Assembly (NCBI RefSeq): GCF_006345805.1
Contig: NC_043025.1
Location: 3,038,001-3,102,000, forward strand
DNA: 64,000 nt
Direction: 5' to 3'
Source of the DNA: Octopus sinensis
Taxonomy: Eukaryota
A program made the translations under genes and the position numbers. Of the stretch, positions 36,950 to 50,246 are shown piece by piece. The notes under the pieces were generated by a model, which searched no databases, was not told where the DNA came from, and worked only from the letters and a program-made list of their open reading frames with translations. Numbering within the stretch: the first letter of the stretch is position 1; every line of letters starts with the position of its first letter.

Positions 36950-38620
36950 TGATTACTCGTCAAAATCACAAATACTTTTGGATAAAACCTTAATATTTGC
37001 CCGAAATTATGCTACCATCCGCAGATCGGATATGAATATCACTCTGGCAATGAAGAAAACTCTAATTCAATTTAAGTGTAATTATTGAACACCCAACGAA
37101 TCTATGGATTACTTCGATATAACAATGGACTCATCGGACTCCGCCCACGCACAGACCTTGTGGGCTTGTTCCTCATCCCCCCAGATTAAACAATGCCTCC
37201 CTAACATAACCGGCGGACAATAGAGGGATGATGCAAATTCTTGCAGTAACTGGATTAACTGAACCTTCAGTAGAGCACACAAGGACAGCCCTACGCAAAC
37301 TCTTCAAAATCTTCATCCTAAGTATTCCATTCGAAATTGATACCAATTTTTTGGACGTTACCCTTTACTTAAACACTAATTTATACCGTTCTTTCTATAA
37401 ACCAAACCAATCTTTACAATACTTAAATGTCCATTCTAATCATCCAAAATTATCCCCTTATAGCGTAGTTACATGTCTATCATTATAATCAGGCCCTCAA
37501 AATGAATAGAATTTTTCGAAATACCTATTATATCAATAACACGAAGCTTAAAACTGAAATAGCAAATCTCTTCCACTGATTCAAAGGTCATTACTTCAAC
37601 TCGACACCAATCCAGCAAGTCCACAAAAAAACTCACCTTAACTCCTTCGCATCATTGGCCACCTCGAGCCTATAACAACTACAAACCTCCATTTTCGAAT
37701 CAGCGAACTTCATTCACACATTGTAAACAATCAAAGGCTAGGAAACCCGAACTCCTATGGTTTTTATCACCGTTCTCTTGCAAAATTATTTTTCAAAATT
37801 ATAAAATCTAATTTTTGTCCACAACATAAAAAATCTTATCCTATCTTTACTAAATCATCACTGAAGATCTCCTATTGTACTGCACCTAACTATAGTTATA
37901 TATATAACTATATATAACTATATAATAGCCTCCTCGAAAAACCATGAACTCCAACAACAGTCCTTTAAGTATCTAAACTCTTGCACTGCATCCCAAGCTA
38001 GTTTTGACAATACAATAATACAAACCTTAATAAGCCACCTCAATTGTATAATACTAAACTTAAACCAAAATTCTAAAACCCTATCTACGAGACGACAAAT
38101 ATTAGTTCCATTACAACCTCCCAATCCGATACTAATATAAATCCTAATTTAGATTCTCCCCACTAACAACAAACCAACCAACATCAACATTACTAATAGT
38201 AAACCCCAACCACTTGCAACTGTCGTGCTTCTTAAATATACGGTATGCAGGCTCCTGTCTCCTCAAAAGCGTAATCTATAAATGCCACGTGATGACTCCA
38301 TGCACCCACCAGGCAAGGGTGTATATTTGTGGCACTGAGGATTTTGAATGCCGTTGTCGTGCTCATATGTATTCTTTCATTAATCCCAAATCTAAACTAT
38401 TTCAATCTTTAGCAACACACATATACAACCTCAATTCAAAACAATGTCCAATACGCTCTATCATGCTCCATAGTATGTGAAGCTCCCCTCCACAACACAA
38501 ATATAGGTAAATGTATATTATGTATAAAAAGGCCATTAACAATTCTTCACCTCCATAACTCCTCGCTGTTAAATTCTCTGACGTTATTTATTCATGTAAG
38601 CATAAATACTGCCCGACATT
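36950..38620 (+). mobile_element. Highly decayed Penelope-like element (RT and GIY-YIG)
   Basis: Fragments FDITMDSSDSA..DLVGLFL, GQ*RDD (YRDD), FLDVTLYLNT..YKPNQSLQYLNVHSNHP, CNCR and CLLKSVIYKC..VYICGTEDF..R..H..SF. Confidence 0.78.
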
Positions 38621-38764
38621 CATGCATTTCACTAATTCTAAATAATCCTATAGCAAGCCCCGAGGCCCATCAAAGCTGTAATGTAAAACAAGAGTCAACC
38701 TGACAATCGACAAGTCATCGCTCTCCAAATAGCTTATATGTGTGTGTGTGTTTGTTTCTATGTA

Positions 38765-38808
<44 letters not shown>

Positions 38809-39824
38809 ATAAATCTGAAATATCCAACCTTGCATTTACAAATACATAATATATACATCTCATTTACAAATACATAATATATACATAATATATACATACA
38901 AGCGCTTACATACATACATACATGCAAACACACACACATATACGCACATATATAAACATATAAACACCTACATTAATACACAGTATTAAAAACATAAAGT
39001 AGTCAACATATATATAGATATCCACAGAAATATAAATATATATAACATGCATTCCAAATTTATTCCAAGTATTATGATCAATCGCTTTGTCATCCTCCTC
39101 TCAGACTCCTAAATCTCACCAACACATATCACAAATTTCTTCAAATTTTTGCAATTCAGCCGCCTCTACTGTTATTTGACCCTTCTCGGCCTCAAACAAT
39201 ACTTAACAAAACTCAACTACTAAGAAAAATACCGACCCAATTTTTTGTACTACTAACATTCTTAACCACTCCCCCGTACCTTAAATGTGTCGTTAAAGAA
39301 AGACCCCACTTGTTGTAATTTGAGATGAAATTTCTGTTTCATAAGTGTACTAGTTTCTAATACTTGTGTTGACATTACTCCTTTAACATTCAAAGAAATT
39401 ACTTAGTTATTCACATCGATTTCAATTAATCATACGTTATCTTCTAACTTTGAGATTTTGATTATGTGATTGCTTACTTTTAGAATAACTTTGCATGGTG
39501 GTTGTGAAAGGGCTGATCTGTTCAGTTTCAACAGAAAACAGGAAGAATATCTGGGCCAGACGCGGCCAGTGCCAATGCTAATGGATTAACTGAAAATTAC
39601 TGAAGTAAAAATAAAAGCATAAAAAAACATATTAGGTAATTTGGGGATACAAAATTATGAGGTCTTAACGGTGGAGACTCTTTTTACCCCATCCTAAATG
39701 CCGTTGAGGAGGCTGGACGATGGCCAATAGATGGCCGATATAATATAATGAAAATCGTAACTTACCAAAGAAGTGGCCTTGCCTCTGTTCGTAACAGTTA
39801 GTGAATGTTTATATATATATATGT

Positions 39825-39859
<35 letters not shown>

Positions 39860-39944
39860 TATGTTGCGTCATTTGTTTATTTACCATACATTTTTTCATT
39901 GAAGTAGCGGAACACAACGCACACAATTATGCATATATATATAT

Positions 39945-39999
<55 letters not shown>

Positions 40000-40461
40000 G
40001 ATTGGCGTCTTTATTTCTCATTATATGAATGCGATATGAAAAGTTTGCGTTAGCAGTCAAAAATGGGCGTTGATAGTGGAAGAGTGTAAATGAGAGAGGG
40101 GAAAGGAAGTGATAGAAAGAGAGAGAGAGACGGAGAAAGAAGACGAAGAGGGTTTTGTGTGTGTGTGTATGTGTTTGTGTGAAGCTATTAGCTACGTAAC
40201 CCTGTTCTAAGCATTTGGTGGGATTGATACATATTAATTCCCTTCACTTACTCGGTATACACTCCTTCTTCCCCGGCATCAGCATTCCAGCAGAAATGGA
40301 GAAATGAAAATTATGTCACTGTCTGCTGGTGCTTGTGTGTATGTGTATGTGCGCGCGCGCGTGTGTGTGTATGTATGTGTGTGTGTATATGCGTAACTGA
40401 AATTAACTTGAAATAATCTAAGTACTATTTTTACAAATTGTGATATCTGTGTGTGTGTGTG

Positions 40462-40543
<82 letters not shown>

Positions 40544-40624
40544 GCACACACAGTTATCAGAATTATATATATATGTATGTATTCATGTATATGTATATAT
40601 ATATATTATACATTCATGCACATT

Positions 40625-40655
<31 letters not shown>

Positions 40656-42069
40656 GTGCCGAATCACTGAAATCTGAAATATAATTAGAAGAAATTTACC
40701 AAAAGCTTTCAACCATGATAAAAAAATGAATGCCTTGCTGATGCCTTCCATGAAATGGCACAAAAGACGCAAATCTACATAGAAACACTTTATTCCCTTC
40801 TTACATACCAACAACAAAATGAGAACCAAAGCAGAACTCCAGAAACGGATATCCACAACCTAAATTCAACCACACAAAACGTACTAAAAGAATTGATTGA
40901 ACTCAGCTTGGAAAAAGGAGACATACAAAAAGAGAAATCAAATGAAAAACATCCGGATTAAGATATTAAATAAAAGAAACCAAGCATATTTCAGAGCTGT
41001 AAACAATGAAAACCTAGCCAACACTTATGAACAGTGGAGGGTCAGAGAAGAAGTAATACTCTCAAGAATCTTTCGTATCAAAGAAATAACGTCAGAAGCA
41101 AAGGAAGAAGCACAAAATATTTGAGAAAAATCGTTTAAAAGCGACATTAACCGGAAATGATCAAAATATTGTTATACGATCAGACGATAGATTTTTCATG
41201 TTTTAGAATCATCTCACTTTTGCTCGATAACTATTGATCATCGATCTCTTCCCAAATACAACGTCTAAAGTCAACATTAAAATGAAGTACATTTCTAAAT
41301 TCTTTGTTAGACCCTCCAGTGTTCACATTGTCATCCACCATTCTCTTCGCGAAGAATCTCTCTGAAGTTTAAGCTGGATATGCTAGAAATAGCAGCCAAA
41401 TACTTCCTGTGAGCAGACGATAGATTCATTTAACGTTAGTGTCACTTCAGAAAATCACGTTATCAATAACGATAATAATTTACATGGTATATATAATGAT
41501 TGACATGGAAGCAAGCGATACAAATTCATTTAACAATAGTTCATTTCAGAAAATTACGTTTGTAAAATAAAGTATATGATAGAGAAATTATAACAATTCT
41601 GAAGAGGAATTAAAGGTTTTAGCAGCTTTAAAGTTATGGGAAAAGAATTTTCGTTATCAAAGAAGCAATATTTTATACGAATGACGGATGACAGGTGAGG
41701 ATTTTGTGGTGTGAAGGGTCTTCAAGTGTATATGTCCTGGTGTGTGTGTGTTTGTGAAGCACTGAGATATATAACTCTGCCCAAGTATTGCTTTGATATA
41801 AAACGGAAGTGAACACCACTTAACGATTATAATAATTGACACATAATTATATTCCAAACTTCAACAGCTCATCTGTACCCAAACCTTCAATAGCTTGATG
41901 TCCTATTTTCATAGGAGTGAGGGGAAGAGGGAGAGGAAGACATGCAGTGGCCTCCTAAACTGTTTAATGTATTTGTATCTCAGATAGTCTCCAGTATTCT
42001 GGATGCCTTCTGCAAAAAGTGAAAGATAAAAATAAATTGAAAATATAAAGCTAATATTCTGCCGGTATC

Positions 42070-42120
<51 letters not shown>

Positions 42121-42269
42121 TGCACTGAGATACATAACCATGCCTAAGTGTTTCTTTAATATAAAACTGAAGTGAATATTAAATGATAATATTAAATGAT
42201 AATATTAAATGACATAATTTTACTGTGAAGGAGGTTTAGTCTTCAATGTTTTCAGTCTCGTCCACCACA

Positions 42270-43570
42270 TTACTTCTTTAGCCACCGGGCAGAAGAAACT
42301 GCTTTTCCTTCCCGGCCTAAAGAAGGTGGCGGGGCGATCTTTACAATGAACTCGGCTCGTAAACTGGACGGACGAGTGCATGCAGGACTATTTCATCGCC
42401 CTGCGCACATCCCCGACATATCCGTCCGACAACACTTTCGTATCTGTAGAGCTTGTCTTCAACCGGCAGAGCACCCCGGTAGCACTGCCAGGCCAGGGAT
42501 TTCTGGAAGTTAAAGACCAGTTAGTTGATTCCCTCCACCTACGTCCAGAATTTACACCGATTTCGTCGTTGTTCTTTCCCCTCTTCTAATACCCTATAGA
42601 AATCCATGGTGGACTTGCAACGCCCGCGTTGCCCGACTGGCAGAAAGCTGTAAGAGCTTGCCGACACTCCAGGTGCCAAGCGCCCTTTCTTGGCCAACGC
42701 TTGACTCAGTACTGTAACGTCATCAATGAGACGAGCTGCGGAGAGTCCCGTTTGACAAACAGTCAATCTCTATGCTCACCGTTAAAGAAATGCAGGAGAT
42801 GTTGCAGTCTCAGCGCATGTCTGCGAATCATTAGCAACGGCATGTCCAGTACTCCACTGAGAGGTTGTTGACAGCAGATGGACCGTCTGATGAGCGGAAC
42901 ACGTCCCTTCTTTAGAAAGCGGAATAACATACGCTCTAACTTTATCGGGCATGGGACTACATTCAGGCGGTCGTAGATGACGGAAGCGATGTACGCATTC
43001 GCCACCTCGACTCGACCCTTCAAGAACAGCTTCCTCTCTGCCCATTTCTGGGTGAGATTGACTACCCTGTTCGTCACCTCACACCAGTTGTTGTCCACCT
43101 GGAGGTCTGGGAGGCACATGGCCTAGAGCATGGTTAGAGCAGCGGACTCGCGGGTTCGAATCTCAGACCGGACGATGTGTGTGTGTTTATGAGCGAAACA
43201 CCTAAGCTCCACGCGGCTCCGGCAGAAGGTAATGGCAAACTTCTGCTGACTCTTTCGCCACAACTTTCTCTCACTCTTTCCTCTTGCATCTTGCAGCTCA
43301 CCTGCGACGGACACGCGTCCCGTCCAGGTGGGGAAAATATATGCCAAGAAACCGGGAAACCGGCCCTTATGAGCCAAGCATGGCTCGAGAAGGAACAAAC
43401 AACAACAACCTGGAGGTCTTGACCAAACCAGACCCCAAGCAGTTTAACCGGTCTTTCCGTCCAGTGCCCTACAAAGTGTCGGTTGGTATGGATCTGCCTC
43501 TCCATCTGCCGAGCTGCAGGCCTACCGATTTCTCTTGGATAATCTTTGCTCCTGTCACCGCTTCGTGGAC
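42270..43570 (-). mobile_element. Decayed Tx1-like LINE fragment interrupted by a SINE
   Basis: KWAERKLFLKGRVEVANAYIASVI, RRSICCQQPL and PVKLLGVWFG are homologous to copies A and B. Confidence 0.85.
43109..43407 (+). mobile_element. Young tRNA-derived SINE with a (CAA)n tail and 12-bp target-site duplication
   Basis: A box TGGCCTAGAGCATGG and B box GGTTCGAATC. The TSD ACCTGGAGGTCT is at 43097-43108 and 43408-43419. Confidence 0.92.
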
Positions 43571-43939
43571 AGTATTATGGTGATGTAGTCCCTGTTAGCT
43601 GATAGGAACATTCCGCATTCTAAGACATTCGGGATGACTCTTGAAACCTCCAACTTCGGGAGCAATGGCTCGAGATCCAGTACGTACTGGACCCTGTCGT
43701 GTGCATCTATTGAGAGTAACTACAGCGTGCATAGATACATAAGTGAAGACAAGGTCCCTAGACCCGAAAAGTTCCCTGACAATGGATAATTGACATGATA
43801 CGTCTATCCGCCTCACTTTCAAGAAACTGGATTTATTTCAAAATTTACTTTCAGATGTGGTAGGGATCGATTATATCAAGTGAAAGTCTGGCGATTATAT
43901 ATCTGTATCTATATATCTATATAAATATCTATCAAGATG

Positions 43940-44135
43940 TGTGCGCGCATGTGTCTGTGTTTGTCTCCCACCACCGGTTGACAACCGGTATGAGTGTGTT
44001 TCTGTCCCCTGTAACTTAGCGGTTCGACAAATGAACCAACAGAATATGTAGTAGACATTAAAAAAATGTCCTTGGGTCGATTTGTTTGGGTAAAATCCTT
44101 AAAGGCGGTGCCATAGCATGACTGCAGTCAAATGA
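43940..44135 (+). mobile_element. SINE 3' fragment
   Basis: TGACAACCGG..GTGTTT..GTCCCC.GTAACTTAGCGGTTCG..AGGCGGTG..AGCATG..GCAGTCAAATGA, same family as 35246. Confidence 0.75.
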
Positions 44136-44879
44136 AAAAAATTAATCTTACATTATTATGTGGTTTTGAGATTTTGATGATGTGACTTTTACCTTTCAAA
44201 ATGACTTTGCATGGTGGGTGTGAGAGGCCTGATCTGGTTAGTTTCAGCACAAAACAGGGAGACTATTTGGGTCTGACTTTGTCAGTTTTAATGCTAAAGG
44301 GCTGACAGGAAGTTACTGAAGTAAAATAAAGGTATAAAAGAACAGTTGTGTAATTTGGGGACACAAATTTATGAGGTCTTGACGGTAGAGGCCGCTTTTA
44401 CCCCAAGCTAAATGCTGTTGAGGTGGCTACACAATTGTCAATAAATTTCGATATAATATAATTAAAACCCAAGATGTGGTTTCGCCTTTGTAATAGTGAG
44501 CGAGTGTTTATTTATTTATAGAGAGAGAGATACATATAGACATGGGTCTATAAAATTCGAAATGAAAAGTTTGAATTAGCAGTTAAAGACGATAGCCGGT
44601 GGTTTTGGAATTGTTAAAATGAGAGGTGGAGAGAAAGTGGAAGAAAGAGAGAGAGAAAGAGAGGTATGGAAAGGAGAGAAGAAGGGCTTTGTGCGTGTTT
44701 GTGTGTGTATGTGTGTGTTATGCAATTAGATACATAAACCTGTCTTAGCATTTCTTTAATATAAAACTGAAGTGAATATCAGATTAACGATTATATTAAA
44801 TGACAATTTAACTGTAAAGCGGTGAGTGAAAAGTTTAGCCGGAAAAAATTTCAAAATAATAATAATAATAATAATAATA

Positions 44880-45330
44880 ATGGTTTCAACTTTTGCCATA
44901 AAAGGTCAGCAATTTTAGGGGTGGGGGCTGAGTGGATTACATCCACCCTAATGTTTTTTCTCGTACTTATTTTATCGACCCCGATGGAAGTCAACCTGGG
45001 TGGGATTTGACTTCAGAACGTCTTTGCGGACGAAATACAGCGAATCATTACGTCCAGCATGCTTCGATGTATTTCGTCTGGAGCTGACGCTCTGAGTTCA
45101 AATTCCGCCAAAGTAAACTTCGCTTTTCATCTTTTCGGAGTCGATAAAATATGTACCAGTTGAACACTGGGGTCGAAGTAATCGTTTCATCCCCTCATTC
45201 AAAATTGCTGTCCTTCTTGCAAAATTTCTGTATTTGTCACCTAGCAAAGGTTCACAACCGGTACTGGTGTGTTTATGTCCCTTTAACTTGGCGTCTCGGT
45301 AAACGACACTAAAATAATAAGCACTAAGGA
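44880..45330. mobile_element. Oppositely oriented SINE fragments
   Basis: 44880-45060 (minus) and 45061-45225 (plus) share TCGATAAAAT..GTAC and AAATTGCTG.CC motifs. A third fragment lies at 45240-45330. Confidence 0.6.
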
Positions 45331-45529
45331 TGAAAACAATGTATATGGGTTGAGTTAGGGTTAGGGTGTGTGTGTGTGTGCGTGTATATATGTATATATA
45401 TCTCAATGTAACTATATACATATATATATATACATACAGATATATATATATATATATACTTATTCATACACATATCTATACACACATACACACAAATACA
45501 CATATCTATGCACACGCACACACACACAG

Positions 45530-45587
<58 letters not shown>

Positions 45588-45643
45588 CTGTGTGTGTGCG
45601 TGTGCATAGATATGTGTATTTGTGTGTATGTGTGTATGTGTGT

Positions 45644-46196
45644 ATGCCATCTAAGTGACACTGGGGAAAAAATAAAAAGCCCAGTACTCCCACAATGACT
45701 ACCCGTCTGATAAGGGTACACTAGGCACATGAATCGCAACCATATGTGCGCGACATGGTAATCTCATATCAAAAATAAACAGCACATGACCTTGCAGGTG
45801 GGGCCCAGGTAGAATTTTCTTCTGGTCGAGTAACCCATCCCGCACAAAAGGTCTCTGAATAAGGGTTGTTTAAGGATGTTGAACGAAACACCACAGTTTC
45901 CAGAGGTGAATTATTTCCAGCCCCAAAGAATCCCTCTCAACAGATGGCTTTGATCCTCCCTCACTACTTCTGCTCGTGATCAGAGATGCACATATCGTCA
46001 ACCACTAAGGGACATGCTCAAGTGATTAAGGCCAAACAACTAACAAGCAAATCTGTGGTATTGAGCAGAATATTTGCTGTAGCCCATCTTTTATACCAAG
46101 CCAAAAACAATGTACATGATAACATTTCCAATCGGTTAAGTTCAGGAGACATGAGGGCCATTGTCTGGTACTGCATCAAGGCATTTATTATTATTA

Positions 46197-46255
<59 letters not shown>

Positions 46256-46589
46256 GGAAATTTTTTCCGGCTAAACTTTTCACTCACTTCTTCACAGTAA
46301 AATTACGTCATTTAATGCAATCGTTAACGTGATATTCCCTTCAGTTTCATACTAAAGAAATGCTTAGTCAGGGTTATGTATCTAATTGCATCACACACAC
46401 AGACACACACACACACTCACAAACGTACACATCAACCCTCCTCCCCTTCTTTCCCCTCTCTCTCTCTTCTATCACTCCCTCTCCCTCTCTCTCTCATTTT
46501 AACTCTTCCACTCCCACCGCCAATCATCATAAACTGCTGACTAAAACATTTCAAATCGAAATTATATAATTAGAAATACAGATGCCATA

Positions 46590-46673
<84 letters not shown>

Positions 46674-47005
46674 TGGCATCTGTATTTCTAATTATATAAT
46701 TTCGATTTGAAATGTTTTAGTCAGCAGTTTATGATGATTGGCGGTGGGAGTGGAAGAGTTAAAATGAGAGAGAGAGGGAGAGGGAGTGATAGAAGAGAGA
46801 GAGAGGGGAAAGAAGGGGAGGAGGGTTGATGTGTACGTTTGTGAGTGTGTGTGTGTGTCTGTGTGTGTGATGCAATTAGATACATAACCCTGACTAAGCA
46901 TTTCTTTAGTATGAAACTGAAGGGAATATCACGTTAACGATTGCATTAAATGACGTAATTTTACTGTGAAGAAGTGAGTGAAAAGTTTAGCCGGAAAAAA
47001 TTTCC

Positions 47006-47073
<68 letters not shown>

Positions 47074-47627
47074 TAATAATAATAAATGCCTTGATGCAGT
47101 ACCAGACAATGGCCCTCATGTCTCCTGAACTTAACCGATTGGAAATGTTATCATGTACATTGTTTTTGGCTTGGTATAAAAGATGGGCTACAGCAAATAT
47201 TCTGCTCAATACCACATATTTGCTTGTTAGTTGTTTGGCCTTAATCACTTGAGCATGTCCCTTAGTGGTTGACGATATGTGCATCTCTGATCACGAACAG
47301 AAGTAGTGAGGGAGGATCAAAGCCATCTGTTGAGAGGGATTCTTTGGGGCTGGAAATAATTCACCTCTGGAAACTGTGGTGTTTCGTTCAACATCCTTAA
47401 ACAACCCTTATTCAGAGACCTTTTGTGCGGGATGGGTTACTCGACCAGAAGAAAATTCTACCTGGGCCCCACCTGCAAGGTCATGTGCTGTTTATTTTTG
47501 ATATGAGATTACCATGTCGCGCACATATGGTTGCGATTCATGTGCCTAGTGTACCCTTATCAGACGGGTAGTCATTGTGGGAGTACTGGGCTTTTTATTT
47601 TTTTCCCCAGTGTCACTTAGATGGCAT
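45644..47627. repeat. ~2-kb spacer-less palindrome centred on (CT)n(TA)n(GA)n at ~46630
   Basis: ATGCCATCTAAGTGACACTGGGG...CCCCAGTGTCACTTAGATGGCAT. ORFs 46360..46569(+) and 46692..46901(-) are identical mirror images. The arms differ by a few substitutions and in microsatellite length. Confidence 0.95.
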
Positions 47628-47644
47628 GCACTACTCTCTCACTC

Positions 47645-47645
<1 letters not shown>
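47087..47645 (+). mobile_element. ~555-bp non-coding repeat bounded by (TAA)n, copy 1
   Basis: Begins TGCCTTGATGCAGTACCAG and ends CACTACTCTCTCACTC, with (AAT)n on both sides. Strand assigned by analogy only. Confidence 0.75.
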
Positions 47646-47700
<55 letters not shown>

Positions 47701-47702
<2 letters not shown>

Positions 47703-48255
47703 CCCTGATGCAGTACCAGGCAGTGGCTCTCATGGCTTCTGATCTTAACTGATTGGAAGTGTTATCATGTACATTGTTTTGTCTTGGTATAAAAGATGGG
47801 CTACAGCAAATATTCTGCTCAATACCACAGATTTGCTTGTCAGTTGTTTGACCTTAACCAGTTGAGCATGTCCCCTAGTGGCTGAAGATATGTGCATCTC
47901 TGATCACGAGCAGAAGTAGTGGGGGAGCATCATAGCCATGTGTTGAGAGGGATGCTTTGGGGTTTGAATAGTTCACCTCTGGAAACATGGGTGGTTCTTT
48001 CAACATCCTTAAACAACCCTTATTCGGGGACCGTTTGAGCGGGATGGGCTACTCAACCTGAAGAAAATTCTAACTGGGCCCCACCTGCAAGGTCATGTGC
48101 TGTTTATCTTGATATGAGATCACCATGTCGCGCACATATGGTTGTGATGCATGTGCCTGGTGTACCTTTATCAGACGGGTAGTCATGATGGGTATATTGG
48201 GCTTCGTATATTTTACCCCAGTGTCACTTTGATGGCATGAACTGCTCTCTCACTC
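47701..48255 (+). mobile_element. ~555-bp non-coding repeat bounded by (TAA)n, diverged copy 2
   Basis: Begins TGCCCTGATGCAGTACCAG and ends CTGCTCTCTCACTC, flanked by (AAT)n. Confidence 0.75.
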
Positions 48256-48302
48256 AATAATAATAATAATAATAATGGTTATTATTATTATTATTATTAT
48301 CA

Positions 48303-48344
<42 letters not shown>

Positions 48345-48346
<2 letters not shown>

Positions 48347-49435
48347 TGCCAATGGGGCCGGCATATAGGGGACGATGCAGTAGACATGGAAAGTGGGGAT
48401 TTAACGCAGAGACAACGAGTACACAGTTAAAAGAATAACAATGATATCCAACAAAAGAATATAACAATGAAGGTTCGTAATAGGTGCAGCTAACCCCTTG
48501 GAGTTGGCTCAGGCACCACCACCCCAATCCTGAACCACTCAACGCTTCGAGGGCATCTGGGAAGGGCACTCTCCTCCCTCTCAAACTCACCGGCCCACAG
48601 GCGCATTATTAGAGTAGGTCCACTCACACGTACCATTTTCGATATTCATCCACCTTTTGGCAAATGTACTGGGAGGCAGCACTTCACTCTGCACCCTGAT
48701 CTTCCTTTCCAAAGGAAATTTGAAAAAGTTGACGAGTGATTGGCCGTAGAGAAAAGTCTCTGCCTTTACTCCTTTTAACCTGGTCCACAATAAAGCCTCT
48801 TTCGCTACTGCTATTAGACAGAAGTAAATTGCCTGACCTTCCGGACTGACGGAAAGCGGCTGATCGATCTTCACTACGGACTCGGCCGATAGCTAGAACC
48901 ACCCTACACGTGATAACAGCCGTTCAGCATATCTCCACATGTCAGTAATGCAAGGACACTGGACGAGTGCGTGCAGAACGCTTTCATCGCTCTGCGCACA
49001 TCTCGGGTACATCCGTGCTTGTAGAGTTTATCTCGAACCGGCAGTGCCCCCCGATAGCACTGCAAAGCAAGGAATTTCTAGAAGTTATCCATCGTCCCCG
49101 TCTTGAAAGTCCTCCTCAACAGACTGGTTAGTTCAATTTTGTCAACGCCTATCGTCTCTCCAAGTGCTTCATCGCACTTTCCCTCCACTAACCCTCTATA
49201 GAACTCAAGAGTAGATTTTCCACTGATCGCATTGCCCACCTGGTAGAGGACAGTGAGTGCCTATTAACATTCCAGATGCCAGTCACCCTTCCTCGGTCTC
49301 TTCTTGACCCAGGAGTGCAGCTTAGTCAAGGAGATGAGCCGTGGAAAAGCCTGTTTGACAAACGATGACCACACCTGTTCACCGTTTTGGCAGAATGTTT
49401 GGAGATGCCGCAGCCCCAGTGCATGTCTGCCACAG
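48345..49435 (-). mobile_element. Decayed Tx1-like LINE 3' fragment
   Basis: VAKEALLWTRLKG..ETFLYGQSLVNFFKF.LERKIRV is homologous to the C-terminus of copies A and B. Confidence 0.8.
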
Positions 49436-50246
49436 CATGCCCAGTGTTCCGGAAATCGGAATGCGAAAGCACAAAAACGAAAATGGGAAAAGGGAAAAGT
49501 AAAAACAGCATTTAAAGGTCTTCTCGTTGGACCTTGAATTATAAGGCTAAAAAGATATCAAAATATATTTATACTTGACAACGACTGAAAATTCCTGACC
49601 TAGAGTCCAATAGAGAATTAAGCATCTTAGATCTGAACAGGATATGCACTCTTTCAGCTAAACAAAGCTTATATTCATTTGATCCATTAACATGAGTTAT
49701 GGATTCTCAATTACTTCCCATCCAGTCACATGTGGTGTTTCGTTTTATTCCAAACTTAGCCAGTTTCGTAGCTTTCCTTTTGTCCTATGTCCGAAGGGGA
49801 TCATGTGATTGGCATAACGACTTTGAAATTCACCTTTAAATAAGCAAAAGAATAAAAGAATAAAAGATTATGTGTGTGTGTGTGTGTATGCATACAAAAA
49901 TACACACACATACACACGGATATGTACATAAGCGCGCACACACACACATATAGGCGTATGGATTATTGTTTCGGTAAGTTGTGTCCACGAGAAAGACACT
50001 TCCAGTGCACTCATCTGAAAAGTACCAGCATTAACATTGCGACAGACTGGTATCCTGTGTGTTGTATCCTTGTGTGTTGAAATACGTTCGATACCGAGAT
50101 ATACTGGGGGCCTAATGAGCCTGTAGATCAGGCAGAGAATTTAGCTTAGAAAATACTTTAATGTAGACATTCAGGCATGCGCAGTCAAGTGTTTGTGTAA
50201 CGTTTATGGAGTGAAAGTCGATATGAATATGACAAAAAAAGAAATA

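Noticed and set aside
40720-41125. Possible coding fragment
   Set aside because: Short frameshifted ORFs with no motif I recognise. It may be a transposon remnant, but I cannot support a call.
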